From: Gammaproteobacteria bacterium
GTDB lineage: Bacteria > Pseudomonadota > Gammaproteobacteria > JAADGQ01
DNA: 47,426 nucleotides
Direction of reading: 5' to 3'
Assembly: GCA_013152295.1 (NCBI GenBank)
Contig: JAADGQ010000103.1
Location: forward strand, 2,381-49,806
The translations under genes and the position numbers were made by a program. Positions 18,070-28,914 of this stretch are shown piece after piece (positions within the stretch are counted from its first letter, which is position 1; each line of letters starts with the position of its first letter). The notes below the pieces were generated by a model. That model was not told the origin of the DNA and did not search any database. It was given only the letters and a program-made list of their open reading frames with translations.

Positions 18070-20781
18070 TCAGGCACTTTTCCGCTTAGCAACTTTTTTC
18101 TTTGCCACAGCTCTCTTTTTAGTGGCCTTTTTGGTAACGGCTTTTTTCTTCACTGCACGCTCTTCAATCCACGCGCCATCACGGAAATGGGCTGTCCAGC
18201 CACTGGCTTTGCCCTCTTTTTCCGACATCACATATTGCTCTTTATTTTTACGGCTAAAACGAATGACGGCAGGGTTGCCCTCGTTGTCTTGCAGCGGAGC
18301 ATCACACAGGTAGCGATGTTTTGGGTCGAGTTCGTGGCAGTGGGGGATCAGCTCTTTGACCAACGGTGCCCGTGTCTCACGGGAACGAGGGAATGCGCTG
18401 GATGCGAGAAAGATTCCCGCAGCACCGTCGCGCAGCACAAAATAGCCATCGGATTTTTCACAGGGCAGCTCCTGCATCGGCACAGGGTCCGCCTTGGGCG
18501 GCGCTGCTTCACCGCTTTTCAGTAACTTGCGGGTATTTTTGCACTCTGCGTTAGTACAACCAAAATACTTGCCGAAGCGTCCGGACTTTAGTTGCATATC
18601 TGCGCCACACTTATCGCAGACAATAATCGGACCTTCATAACCTTTGATGTGAAAGCTGCCCTGCTCCACCTCATGGCCTTCACAGTCCGGGCTGTTACCG
18701 CAGATGTGCAGCTTGCGTTTTTCGTCGATCAGATAGCTATCCATCGCCGAACCGCATTTGCTACAGCGGCGTTTGTCGAGCAGTGCTCGCATCTCGCCGG
18801 TATCGTCGTCGCTCACTGCCTCTTCACCAGGGATCAGGTTCAGCGTCGCTTTGCAGCGCTCCTTGGGCGGCAGGCTGTAGCCGGAACAACCCAGAAAAAC
18901 GCCGGTTGACCCAGCACGAATCGTCATCGGACGACCACAGTCGGCGCACTCGATATCTGTCGTAATGGGGTCATTGCCACGCATGCCGCCAGCAGATTTC
19001 TCTTGCTGCGCTTTACTCAGCTTGGCCTTGAAATCTTGGTAGAATTGATCCAGCACCGTCTGCCAGTGACTGCTCCCTTCGGCGATCGCATCGAGCTTCT
19101 CCTCCATGCCTGCGGTAAAGCCGTAATCCATCAGATCATCGAAATTTTCTACCAGGCGGTCGGTGACGATTTCGCCAATTTTTTGTGCGTAAAAACGGCG
19201 CGAACTCAGCGTCACATAACCACGATCCTGAATGGTCGAGATGATGCTTGCATAGGTTGAAGGACGGCCAATGCCACGTTTCTCAAGCTCGCGTACCAGG
19301 CTCGCTTCGCCATAGCGCGGCGGCGGTTTGGTTAAGTGTTGCGAAGGTTCAAGCTTGAGCAGCGTTAACTGATCGCCCTCTTCAATTTCGGGAAGCAACA
19401 CATCGTCGTCGTTTTTGCTTTGTGGCTTCAACACTCGCGTCCAACCATCAAAGCGCAAGATGCGGCCTTTAGCGCGCAACTCAAACTCGCCGGCGTAAAT
19501 GGTCACAACGGTGGAGTCGTAACGGGCAGGCATCATCTGGCAAGCCACAAACTGGCGCCAGATCAACTCATAGAGGCGCTCGCCATCCTTGTCTATCCCG
19601 CTCAGTTGACTCACCATCAACTGAACATCGGAGGGACGAATCGCCTCATGTGCCTCTTGTGCACCAGAGCGACTTGAATAGACTGGCACTTTTTCCGGCA
19701 GGTACTCTTTGCCATATTTCGTCTCGATATGGCCACGACAAGCCGCTACCGCGTCGTTACTCAAGTTGGTTGAGTCCGTACGCATGTAGGTGATGTAACC
19801 CGCCTCGTAGAGACGCTGAGCCAACATCATGGTTTTTTTAACGCCGAAACCGAGACGAGTACTCGCTGCCTGTTGCAACGTTGAGGTGATAAACGGCGCT
19901 CGCGGTTTGCTGCTGGATGGTTTGGTTTCGCGCTTTACAACGCGGTAGTCCGCAGGCTGCAACAGCGCCAGCGCAGCATCGGTCGCCGCCTTGTTCGTTG
20001 GTCTGAAGGTTTTGCCCTGGTACTTACCAACCTGGATGCGCAGCGCATCACCGTCTTTAGCTTCGAGGTTGCAATGCACCTCCCAATACTCTTCCGGGAC
20101 AAACGCGTATATTTCACGTTCACGTTCGCTAATCAGGCGCACCGCAACGGATTGCACACGCCCCGCCGACAAGCCGCGCGCCACTTTGCTCCACAGTAGC
20201 GGCGACAGCATGTAGCCCACCACCCGGTCGAGAAAACGGCGCGTCTGCTGCGCGTTGACGCGGTTGATATCAAGCTCTGCCGGTTTGGCAAATGCTTCAT
20301 TAATCGCCTTACGGGTGATCTCGTTAAAGACAACACGTTTGTAATGGGATTCATCGTCACCAATCGCTTCACGCAGGTGCCAGGCAATCGCCTCCCCTTC
20401 GCGGTCCAAGTCAGTAGCGAGGTAGACCATGTCTGCGTTGCGGGCAAGCTTGCGCAGCTCTTCAACGACCTTCTCTTTGCCCGGCATGATTTCGTAACGA
20501 GGGTTCCAGCCATGCTCCGGATCGATGCCCATGCGCTGAATCAGCGCGCTCTGAGCACGCTTCTGTTTGCGCTTCTCGCGCTCTTCCGGCGGTAATTTGC
20601 GCGCTTCGCTGGCGAGCCGTGCTCGCTCGGTGGGTGTCATTTTTGACACCGATGAACTACCGCTGCTGGGCAGATCACGTATGTGCCCGATGCTGGACTT
20701 CACAATGAAGTCCGAACCCAAGTATTTATTTATCGTTTTCGCCTTCGCTGGCGACTCCACAATAACCAGAGATTTACCCAT
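18070..20781 (-). CDS. topA: DNA topoisomerase I
   Basis: [29 protein letters not shown], catalytic ITYMRTDS, zinc-ribbon repeats and a Lys-rich tail. Confidence 0.98.
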   Translation of the reverse strand: MGKSLVIVESPAKAKTINKYLGSDFIVKSSIGHIRDLPSSGSSSVSKMTPTERARLASEARKLPPEEREKRKQKRAQSALIQRMGIDPEHGWNPRYEIMPGKEKVVEELRKLARNADMVYLATDLDREGEAIAWHLREAIGDDESHYKRVVFNEITRKAINEAFAKPAELDINRVNAQQTRRFLDRVVGYMLSPLLWSKVARGLSAGRVQSVAVRLISEREREIYAFVPEEYWEVHCNLEAKDGDALRIQVGKYQGKTFRPTNKAATDAALALLQPADYRVVKRETKPSSSKPRAPFITSTLQQAASTRLGFGVKKTMMLAQRLYEAGYITYMRTDSTNLSNDAVAACRGHIETKYGKEYLPEKVPVYSSRSGAQEAHEAIRPSDVQLMVSQLSGIDKDGERLYELIWRQFVACQMMPARYDSTVVTIYAGEFELRAKGRILRFDGWTRVLKPQSKNDDDVLLPEIEEGDQLTLLKLEPSQHLTKPPPRYGEASLVRELEKRGIGRPSTYASIISTIQDRGYVTLSSRRFYAQKIGEIVTDRLVENFDDLMDYGFTAGMEEKLDAIAEGSSHWQTVLDQFYQDFKAKLSKAQQEKSAGGMRGNDPITTDIECADCGRPMTIRAGSTGVFLGCSGYSLPPKERCKATLNLIPGEEAVSDDDTGEMRALLDKRRCSKCGSAMDSYLIDEKRKLHICGNSPDCEGHEVEQGSFHIKGYEGPIIVCDKCGADMQLKSGRFGKYFGCTNAECKNTRKLLKSGEAAPPKADPVPMQELPCEKSDGYFVLRDGAAGIFLASSAFPRSRETRAPLVKELIPHCHELDPKHRYLCDAPLQDNEGNPAVIRFSRKNKEQYVMSEKEGKASGWTAHFRDGAWIEERAVKKKAVTKKATKKRAVAKKKVAKRKSA

Positions 20782-21015
20782 ACGTACGACTACACCTAAA
20801 AATTTTCACCCAAAAACAATCCGCAGGCTGGTGTCATCCAGCCCATCTCCTATTATTAGAAATACGATCTCACTCCACCCGCTGTCAAGTTGTTCATTAT
20901 CTGCCTCTTCTAACGGCCAACATAAACTGAACATTGAAAATGGTATGATGCCCCGCAAAATAACCCCACGCATCGATCCAACTCGACCACTCATCCCAGG
21001 CCCTGTATACATCTG

Positions 21016-22044
21016 ATGGCAAAACGCAAGCTGACCCGCAAACAGATCTGGCGCACCCAAAAAATTCAGCAAGAGCGACTGGCGCGAGCACAAAAAAAGG
21101 CGCAGATCAGCACAGAGTCACTACAGCAAGGCGAGCTGGGCACAGAGCAAGAGGGGCTGATTGTTGCCCGTTACGGTGCCGCCGTGGATGTGGAAGACCA
21201 CGCCCAGCAGATCTACCGCTGCATTTTGCGCCAAAACCTTGGCAGCCTAGTCTGTGGTGATCGCGTCGTCTGGCAACAAAACCAGACGCGAGGCGGCGTC
21301 GTCACGGCGCTGATACCGCGCAAATCCGTACTCGCGCGCCCCGATGCTTGCCACACTATGGTGCCCGTCGCCGCAAATATCGATCAGCTATTCATCGTCA
21401 GCGGCATCACGCCCGGCATCGACAACTACCTCATCGATCGTTATCTGGTCGCGGCGGAGCTCACCGACATCAAACCGTGCCTGATCATCAATAAAGTTGA
21501 TCTGTTGATCGCTTCAGCCCGTCACAAATTAGAGAAAAAACTCGCACATTATGAGCGCATCGGTTACCCGATGATCTTCACCTCAACCCAAAAAGATGGC
21601 GGCATGGATGCGCTCAACCAGCTGCTTGAGCACAAAACCAGCGTCTTCGTCGGTGTATCCGGCGCGGGAAAATCTTCGATTACCCAATGGCTACACCCCG
21701 ACCTTGCTATCCGCACCGGCGCATTGTCACGCACCACGGGTCTGGGCCGACACACCACCTCAACAACCCAGCTCTACCACCTGCCCAATGGCGGTGCACT
21801 GATCGACTCGCCGGGCGTCAGAGAGTTCGAACTAAGCAACTACAGCGGCACTGAAGTCGCTGCGGGTTTCAGGGAGTTTCGTGAGCTACTGGGTCATTGC
21901 CGCTTCAACAACTGCGCCCATATGGCCGAGCCGGGCTGCGCGTTGAAAGAGCAAGTTGAAGCGGGTGCAATTTCTGCTGAACGCGTGCAAAATTACCTGC
22001 GCATTGTCGCCTCACTCACAGATAAACCGAGACTGCGGCAGTAG
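21016..22044 (+). CDS. rsgA: Ribosome small subunit GTPase RsgA
   Basis: NKVD, GVSGAGKSS, GRHTT, DSPGVRE and the Zn site CRFNNCAH..EPGC. Confidence 0.96.
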   Translation: MAKRKLTRKQIWRTQKIQQERLARAQKKAQISTESLQQGELGTEQEGLIVARYGAAVDVEDHAQQIYRCILRQNLGSLVCGDRVVWQQNQTRGGVVTALIPRKSVLARPDACHTMVPVAANIDQLFIVSGITPGIDNYLIDRYLVAAELTDIKPCLIINKVDLLIASARHKLEKKLAHYERIGYPMIFTSTQKDGGMDALNQLLEHKTSVFVGVSGAGKSSITQWLHPDLAIRTGALSRTTGLGRHTTSTTQLYHLPNGGALIDSPGVREFELSNYSGTEVAAGFREFRELLGHCRFNNCAHMAEPGCALKEQVEAGAISAERVQNYLRIVASLTDKPRLRQ

Positions 22045-22091
22045 CCATTATCCGCGACCGTTACCCACTAAAGAGACCAGGAGCAACTACT

Positions 22092-23123
22092 TTGGAATTC
22101 CTCACTGACTATGGACTATTTCTAGCTAAAGCACTCACCACTGTTATCGCCATCATCGTGGTTGTCGGCGTATTGATCGCCCAGATTAGCCGCGCCAAAC
22201 AGATGCCACGCGAGCAGCTTGAAATCACCAAACTCAATGAGAAATATGATGACCTGGCACAGACCATAAATACACAAGTACTCTCTAAAGACGATCTGAA
22301 AAGTTATTGCAAAGAGAAGAAAAAGCAGAAAAAAGCGCTTAAAAAAGGAAATTCCACGCAAGAAAAACGTTCCAGAGTCTTTGTCTTGACATTCGACGGC
22401 GACATAAAAGCATCGGCCGTCTCTTCGCTGCGTGAAGAGATCACCGCAATATTAACTATCGCAAGCGACAACGACGAAGTTGTGCTACGCCTGCAGAGCC
22501 CAGGCGGGCTCGTGCACGCTTATGGCCTGGCCTCATCGCAACTGATTCGCATCAAGAAAAAGAGCATTCCGCTCACCGTTGCCGTTGACAAAGTCGCTGC
22601 CAGTGGCGGCTATATGATGGCCTGCGTCGCGGACCGCATCATCGCTGCCCCCTTCGCCATACTCGGCTCTATTGGCGTCGTCGCCCAGATCCCTAATTTT
22701 AATCGCTTGATGAAGAAGCACAACGTCGACATGGAGCTTGTTACGGCAGGAAAATACAAGCGTACGTTGACGTTGTTTGGTGAAAACACCAAAGAGGCGC
22801 GTCAGAAGTTCAAAGAGGAGATTGAAGACACTCACCTGCTATTCAAGGAGTTTATCAGCGAAAACCGACCCTCTGTCGATGTAGAGCAGGTCGCGACCGG
22901 TGAGCACTGGTTCGGCACCCGCGCCATGGAGCACAAGCTGGTCGATGCATTGATGACTAGCGACGACTACCTGCTGGAGCTGAGCCAAAAGAGAGATCTC
23001 TATGCGATCAAGTACACCACGCGCAAATCACTGGGAGCGAAAATATCCGCAGCTGCAGAGCAGGCACTGTCGAAAATATCCGGCAATCAGCAATCTATCT
23101 ACGATAACCAGAAGTTCATGTAG
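22092..23123 (+). CDS. sohB: S49 family protease SohB
   Basis: YGLFLAK N-anchor, LREEITAIL, SPGG.VHAYGLASSQL and AASGGYMMAC. TTG start after AGGAG. Confidence 0.95.
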   Translation: MEFLTDYGLFLAKALTTVIAIIVVVGVLIAQISRAKQMPREQLEITKLNEKYDDLAQTINTQVLSKDDLKSYCKEKKKQKKALKKGNSTQEKRSRVFVLTFDGDIKASAVSSLREEITAILTIASDNDEVVLRLQSPGGLVHAYGLASSQLIRIKKKSIPLTVAVDKVAASGGYMMACVADRIIAAPFAILGSIGVVAQIPNFNRLMKKHNVDMELVTAGKYKRTLTLFGENTKEARQKFKEEIEDTHLLFKEFISENRPSVDVEQVATGEHWFGTRAMEHKLVDALMTSDDYLLELSQKRDLYAIKYTTRKSLGAKISAAAEQALSKISGNQQSIYDNQKFM

Positions 23124-23201
23124 GGCCAAAGCGACTCTTGATAGACGCAATCAACTATTAACTTTCGAATTCAAGACAACCTATTTTGTTGGCTAACCAC
23201 T

Positions 23202-24467
23202 GTGAATGAAGCACTGCTCTATAGCGTTTTTGCACTAACAATTGTGCTCTCCGGTATCTGTGGCTGGTTGATCTGCCAACAGCATCTGCGCAACCAAATG
23301 GCGCGTCTGCAGCAGGAAAACAGCCGCCTCACAACCGAGCTGGCAATCGAAAAACATTCCGGCGAAGAGAAAACAATTGCCTTTGATAATGCACAAAAAC
23401 AGCTCACCGAAACTTTTCACGTGCTCTCCAGCGAAGCGCTGCAGCGTAACAATGAACAGTTTCTCAGGCTCGCCCAAGAGAACTTTAAGCAGCACCAATT
23501 GCAGGCAGGCAGTGAATTGCAACAGAAAGAGAACGCTTTCGCCGCGCTGATCAAACCGATCAACGATGCTCTGCAAAAGACCGAAGCACAAATCCATGCT
23601 ATCGAAAAAGAGCGCAAGGAGTCCTATGGCTCATTAACCCAACACTTGGAGAGCATGGCCCAAACACAGCAGTCGCTACAAAATGAGACACGCAATTTGG
23701 TGCAGGCACTACGCCGCCCGGAGGTGCGTGGTCAATGGGGGGAGATGACGCTGCGGCGACTCGCCGAGCTGGCAGGTATGGTCGATCATTGTGATTTCTA
23801 TGAGCAGGAACACACCGCTACCAGCGAAGGCGCCATGCGTCCTGATATGATTGTGCGCATGCCCGCTGGTCGAGAGATCGTTATCGATGTGAAAACCCCG
23901 CTAGACGCCTATCTCAGCGCGATGGAAGCCAACACTGAAGCAGAGCGCGAGCGACACCTTGCCCGCCACGCACGCAACGTGCGCGAGCGCATCAAAGAGC
24001 TGGCCAGCAAGGGTTACTGGAATCAGTTTGAAAAGAGCCCTGACTTCGTGGTTCTGTTTATCCCTGGCGATCAGTTCCTCAGCGCGGCACTGAATATCGA
24101 TCGAAGTTTGCTGGAGGATGCACTCAAGCAGCAGGTCATTCTGGCAACACCCACCAGCCTGGTTGCACTGCTACGCGCCGTCGCCTATGGCTGGCGTCAG
24201 CAGTCACTGGCGGAAAACGCTGAAATTATCCGCAAGGTTGGCGAAGACCTCTACAAACGCCTGGCCACCTTTTCAGGCCACCTGAACAAGCTGGGGAAAA
24301 ACCTCGGCACCACGCTGGAGCACTACAATAAAGCGGTAGGTTCATTTGATCGCCAGGTCGTACCTGGCGCGCGCAAATTTACAGAGCTGGGGATCAGTTC
24401 AGCTAAACCCATGGAGAGTGTTGAGCCCATCGACAAGCTGATCAAACCGCTCAATCATGATCCATAG
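23202..24467 (+). CDS. rmuC: DNA recombination protein RmuC
   Basis: Coiled coil, RGQWGEMTL, RPDMIV.MP, IDVK.P, DFVVLFIP and ATPTSL. Confidence 0.95.
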   Translation: MNEALLYSVFALTIVLSGICGWLICQQHLRNQMARLQQENSRLTTELAIEKHSGEEKTIAFDNAQKQLTETFHVLSSEALQRNNEQFLRLAQENFKQHQLQAGSELQQKENAFAALIKPINDALQKTEAQIHAIEKERKESYGSLTQHLESMAQTQQSLQNETRNLVQALRRPEVRGQWGEMTLRRLAELAGMVDHCDFYEQEHTATSEGAMRPDMIVRMPAGREIVIDVKTPLDAYLSAMEANTEAERERHLARHARNVRERIKELASKGYWNQFEKSPDFVVLFIPGDQFLSAALNIDRSLLEDALKQQVILATPTSLVALLRAVAYGWRQQSLAENAEIIRKVGEDLYKRLATFSGHLNKLGKNLGTTLEHYNKAVGSFDRQVVPGARKFTELGISSAKPMESVEPIDKLIKPLNHDP

Positions 24468-24518
24468 AGCGACTCAGATATCACCGGTTTGCACGCTGAA
24501 CCGGCGTTACATTTTCGA

Positions 24519-26897
24519 TTAAATTTTGTTCAGCGTAATGCTGGCTTCTTCAATGCCAGGGAATTTTTCATCGCCTGCCAACGACTTCTGCAAGTGCCTC
24601 TTCGCATCGCTGATTCTACCCTGTTCGTAATAAACCATACCTAGATGGTAGTGATAGGCCGCAACATTTGGCGCGATCTCCAACACCTTTTCAAACAGGC
24701 GAGCAGCCTCTTTCAGGTTGCCACGTTTGTAGTAGACCCAGCCCAGCGTATCCATATAAAGCGGGTTGCCCGAGTTCTCAAAGCCACGAGCCAGATCCAG
24801 CGCCTTATCCAGACTCGCTGCATCACCTTTACGCCCAACGAGTAAAACAGCCAAGTTGTTAGCTGCCAACGCCATATCCGCATCGCTATCGAATAGCCCC
24901 TCGTAGAGCGCGATAGCGGCATCAACATCACCCTGATTTTCATAGACGCCGGCCAACTGCAACACAACCCGGCGATCGCCGGGTAGAGCAACCAGCGCCT
25001 CACGATAGATTCGAATCGCCGCATCAACATCACCACGAGTCAGATAGAGATTCGCTAAGTCGATATAAGCGTCGCGCATCTTCGGATCGACCTTAATCGC
25101 CCCCAATAAAGCTGCTTCTGCTTTGTCATAATGATATTGAAACGCTTCAACCTCGCCCAACAATCCATAGGCGGCGGCCAAATCCGGTGCACGCTCAATC
25201 ACTGCCTGAATCTTTAACACCGCCTCCTCGGCGTTGCCCTGGGTTAAAAAGTCTTTATAGATACGAAACAGCTCGGTCAATGGCTCCTTGCTATCCGGAG
25301 ACTTCTCCAGTGCACCCTCGAACTCCGAAGAGGCTTCGCTATAGCGCTGCTGTAGCTGGTAAATCTGCCCCATACTGTAGAAACCGACGGCTTGATCCGG
25401 GTATGCCACTTTAATCGCTTTGGCGACATTTTCAGCCGCCTTCCAATCGCGGCGGATCGTGTAGGCATCCACCTTGGCCAGCAGTGCATTAAGGTTTTTG
25501 GGCGCAAGTTCGAGCAGTTTATCAGCAGTTTTTAATACCCCGTCGAGATCACCCAAAGAGATCAATACCTTCAGCAGTGACTGCCAGGTAAAAACATCCT
25601 CGCCATCCAACGACAGCACTTTGCTCAGGCTATCGCGCGCGTTGCTGTAATCACCACTGATCACATAAGCCTCTGCCAACAATTTAAGCGCCTCGATGGA
25701 GTTGGGGCGTACCGTCAACACTGCTTGCAGATCGGCAATCGCTTCCCGCGCCTCACTACGCGCCAACGCCAGCTTGCTGCGCGTTAACAGCGCATCGCGG
25801 TCCTTCGGATTCGCTTTCAAAACTTCACTGACCAACGTCGCAGCCTTTTCAGCCTGACCACGCTGCAACAGCATCAATGCCAGCTTGTTGCGCGCGGCCA
25901 AACCATTCGTGCCTTTATCATCCAGCGCGGCAATATCCGAATAGAGCTGCTCGGCCTGCTCCGGCCGCTTGGTTGCCACATAAAGTTCACCCAGCGCCAG
26001 ACGCAGCTGCAACGCTTCGGGCCTGTCCTCAATAGCATTGATCAGCTCCTGCTCGGCGGCATTACTACCTTTGCGAGAGGCCAAAAATTTACTCAAGAGG
26101 ACCACACGTTGAGGGTCGGATGGATCCAGCTTAACCAGCTCGCGCAACGCCTCCTCGGCTTTTTCCAGCTGGTTAGTATTAGAGTAAAAAACGGCCAGGC
26201 GGATTCGATGGCGCAGATCCTCTGGCTCCATGGAGACTACCTGTTGCAGCAGCGCCTCACTCTTTTCCGGCTGATTTTGGTTCACCAAAATTTGCGCCAG
26301 CGAAAGGTGCAGCGCCGCACTGCGCGGGCTCGCCTTAATCGCCCGCCGCAGTATCTCATCCGCTTGGGCAATATCGCCCTCCCGGCCGTAGAGCGTCAGC
26401 AGCAATATGGCAGCCCCTGATTGCGTTGCGTCGGCATCGAACACGGCACGCGCCTCTTTGATCGCACCCGCTATGTCGTTGCTACGCGACATCACAATCG
26501 CGCGCAGCGTTCGTCCCTCCAAATTACTGGGATCTCTCTCCAGCAACGCCTGCAGTGTTCGGGCAGCCCTCTCCACCTTGTTTGCCTGCAGGTAGAGCTT
26601 GCTCAGTTTAATGCTCGCCTGGGCCTGTCCTGGTTCCAACTCCAGCACTTTGTTGTAACTTTTGAAGGCCTGCTGCCACGCTTTCTCATGCTCCGCAATC
26701 CGGCCCAGCAAAAGATAAGCCTCTACAGACTGCGGGTTGCTCTGCAGCTCCAGCGTCAGCTCCGCTTTTGCGGCCTGAAAATCCCGCTTCTCCAGCAAAA
26801 TCTTGCTCTTGTTCAGGTGCGAGGGAAGCGCTGTATTTTGAGTTTCGCAAGCGCTCAGCAATAACCCGAATAAAACTAAAATGACAATATATTTCAT
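24519..26897 (-). CDS. TPR-repeat lipoprotein, PrsT-like (PEP-CTERM/exopolysaccharide-system type)
   Basis: Lipobox LLLSAC from ATG 26897, many TPRs, and C-terminal ANNLA...DTLGWVYY...YHLGMVY...F...EEA. Confidence 0.8.
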   Translation of the reverse strand: MKYIVILVLFGLLLSACETQNTALPSHLNKSKILLEKRDFQAAKAELTLELQSNPQSVEAYLLLGRIAEHEKAWQQAFKSYNKVLELEPGQAQASIKLSKLYLQANKVERAARTLQALLERDPSNLEGRTLRAIVMSRSNDIAGAIKEARAVFDADATQSGAAILLLTLYGREGDIAQADEILRRAIKASPRSAALHLSLAQILVNQNQPEKSEALLQQVVSMEPEDLRHRIRLAVFYSNTNQLEKAEEALRELVKLDPSDPQRVVLLSKFLASRKGSNAAEQELINAIEDRPEALQLRLALGELYVATKRPEQAEQLYSDIAALDDKGTNGLAARNKLALMLLQRGQAEKAATLVSEVLKANPKDRDALLTRSKLALARSEAREAIADLQAVLTVRPNSIEALKLLAEAYVISGDYSNARDSLSKVLSLDGEDVFTWQSLLKVLISLGDLDGVLKTADKLLELAPKNLNALLAKVDAYTIRRDWKAAENVAKAIKVAYPDQAVGFYSMGQIYQLQQRYSEASSEFEGALEKSPDSKEPLTELFRIYKDFLTQGNAEEAVLKIQAVIERAPDLAAAYGLLGEVEAFQYHYDKAEAALLGAIKVDPKMRDAYIDLANLYLTRGDVDAAIRIYREALVALPGDRRVVLQLAGVYENQGDVDAAIALYEGLFDSDADMALAANNLAVLLVGRKGDAASLDKALDLARGFENSGNPLYMDTLGWVYYKRGNLKEAARLFEKVLEIAPNVAAYHYHLGMVYYEQGRISDAKRHLQKSLAGDEKFPGIEEASITLNKI

Positions 26898-27134
26898 AAA
26901 GTTATCGTTGAAATCCAACATAGAGCTCATAGAAAAAGGCCGTCAAACATCCCGTCTGTTATCGACCGCCGCAACGGTGAAATTCACTGACACAATACGC
27001 CAACCTGCTGCGCAACGTCCAAATCATCTCTGACCTAATTTGCAGTGAACAGGTTCTTTGTAGCAGAGGGGACTATGGTAAGGTGTCGGCAATAATTAGA
27101 TCAAGGCGAAATGGCGCCGAAACACACAAGAACC

Positions 27135-28019
27135 ATGACACCGAACGACTACTGCCAGAACAGAGCTTCAAAAAGCGGCTCCAGCTTTTATTACAGCTTC
27201 CTTTTTCTACCTGCCAAACAGCGCCAGGCGATCATCGCTCTCTATGCCTTTTGCCGCGAAGTCGATGATGTGGTGGACGAATACACGGATGAAAATCTCG
27301 CCCGAATCAAGCTCGCATGGTGGCGCGAAGAGGTCGCACGCACTTTTCAGGGTGAACCTCAACATCCGGTAGGTAAGGCGCTACTCGAGGCCACTGACAA
27401 CTTCAATCTTCCTCAGGAGTACTTTGCAGAGATCATCGACGGCATGGAGATGGATCTGAATGATACCCGCTACGCAACCTTTAAAGAGCTGGCACTCTAC
27501 TGCCATCGCGTAGCCGGCGTCGTCGGCCTCATGGCTGCTGAAATTTTTGGCTATGAAGATCGCCGCACCCTTGATTATGCACAATCACTGGGCATGGCTT
27601 TTCAGCTCACCAATATTCTGCGCGATGTACGTGAAGATTGTGATCGTGGTCGCCTCTACCTTCCTCTCGAAGACCTGCAACGCTTTAATGTCAGTACAGA
27701 GCAGATCGCCTCCTACACGACCACCGATAACATCAGAGCGCTATTGGCTTTTGAAGCACAGCGTGCCCATGACTATTATCAAAAAGCCTTTGATGAACTC
27801 CCTGCATGTGACCGTTACCGACAGCTCAGTGGCTTGATTATGGCTGCAATATATAAGACCACCCTGCAGGAGATTGAGAACGATCACTTTAACGTATTGC
27901 AACATCGTATTCGCCTCACGCCGCTACGCAAATTGTGGATCGCATGGAAGACTGCCCGCCATGAAAAAAAAGCTCACAAGCAGATACAACGACGCACAAA
28001 AGCAGCCGATAGCATCTAG
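27135..28019 (+). CDS. hpnD: Presqualene diphosphate synthase HpnD (squalene/phytoene synthase family)
   Basis: SGSSFYYSF, LYAFCREVDDVVD, YC.RVAGVVG, QLTNILRDVRED..RGRLYLP and LTPLRKLWIAW. Confidence 0.88.
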   Translation: MTPNDYCQNRASKSGSSFYYSFLFLPAKQRQAIIALYAFCREVDDVVDEYTDENLARIKLAWWREEVARTFQGEPQHPVGKALLEATDNFNLPQEYFAEIIDGMEMDLNDTRYATFKELALYCHRVAGVVGLMAAEIFGYEDRRTLDYAQSLGMAFQLTNILRDVREDCDRGRLYLPLEDLQRFNVSTEQIASYTTTDNIRALLAFEAQRAHDYYQKAFDELPACDRYRQLSGLIMAAIYKTTLQEIENDHFNVLQHRIRLTPLRKLWIAWKTARHEKKAHKQIQRRTKAADSI

Positions 28020-28403
28020 TTTTTTTATGGCAGAACAAGGCAGCCAAGTGCTGCGTAAATTTTCTTAAACCCACGCTCTCATCTCACCAGTCCGTCCCCC
28101 CAAAGCGCCCTTGCAACAAAGGGTTGCGTCTCACACCCGATACGTATACATTGTGCGTGGTTGATAACCTGCTAATGTAGTTGACGATACGGGTTGCGCA
28201 CGATGATCAAATCAAGAAATATAGATATCCCAAGCCTGACCCTATATTTTTTCAACACAGCAAAATTCGCTATTTATCGCCATGACATAGAGGTGAATAT
28301 GCAAGCAACCAAACAATCCGTTACTTGCTAGCCCAGTCCGAAATGACTACCTCGATTAATGTGATCTTCATCACAAAACGACAAAACCAAGGGCACTAGT
28401 GTC

Positions 28404-28883
28404 GTGACTTTTAAGCGAGCATACCAAGCAATGGTGCGATCCATAATCGTATTGGTAGCGCTTGGTTTGTTCGCCGTTAATGCGACTGCAGAGACCCACA
28501 ATAAAGCACGCGGTGAAGTGGGTGAAGTGAAAGTCATCGCCTCTCCAGACACACCTGCACGCGAAACCACCGTACCTCAGCTGCGCGCAATCTTTGCCAT
28601 GCGGCTGCATAAATGGGCTGGCAACTTGCCTGTTACCGTTTATGTGCTGAGCGACTACCACCCCACTCACGCCGCGTTCAGCAAAACCATTCTGAATCTC
28701 TTCCCTTACCAAATGCGCAGAACATGGAATCGCTTGGTATTTTCAGGAACGGGTCAAGCACCCGAAGAGGTGCTCTCTGAAGAGGAGATGGTGCGCAAGG
28801 TGGCGTCAACCCCCGGAGCCATTGGCTACATAAGGAGGGTCAAAGCAGATGACAGCGTCCATGTGCTCAAGATCCATCGCTAA
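28404..28883 (+). CDS. Small exported PstS/PBP2-like (half-size) substrate-binding protein
   Basis: Signal peptide, then QLRAIF...W, H.AF, W.RLVFSGTGQAP and VASTPGAIGYI. An alternative ATG lies at 28431. Confidence 0.8.
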   Translation: MTFKRAYQAMVRSIIVLVALGLFAVNATAETHNKARGEVGEVKVIASPDTPARETTVPQLRAIFAMRLHKWAGNLPVTVYVLSDYHPTHAAFSKTILNLFPYQMRRTWNRLVFSGTGQAPEEVLSEEEMVRKVASTPGAIGYIRRVKADDSVHVLKIHR

Positions 28884-28914
28884 CCATGTTAGCTCGCGAC
28901 AGACGAATGGAATC

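Noticed and set aside
17914-18525. 203-aa plus-strand ORF; likewise 42305..43057 (-), 35660..36016 (-) and other antisense ORFs
   Set aside because: They are antisense or overlapping shadows of well-supported genes (topA, the PEP-CTERM gene, rplS) and show no recognisable motifs.
28202-28216. FNR-like site (ATGATCAAATCAA)
   Set aside because: Spacing and left half-site do not fit TTGAT-N4-ATCAA.
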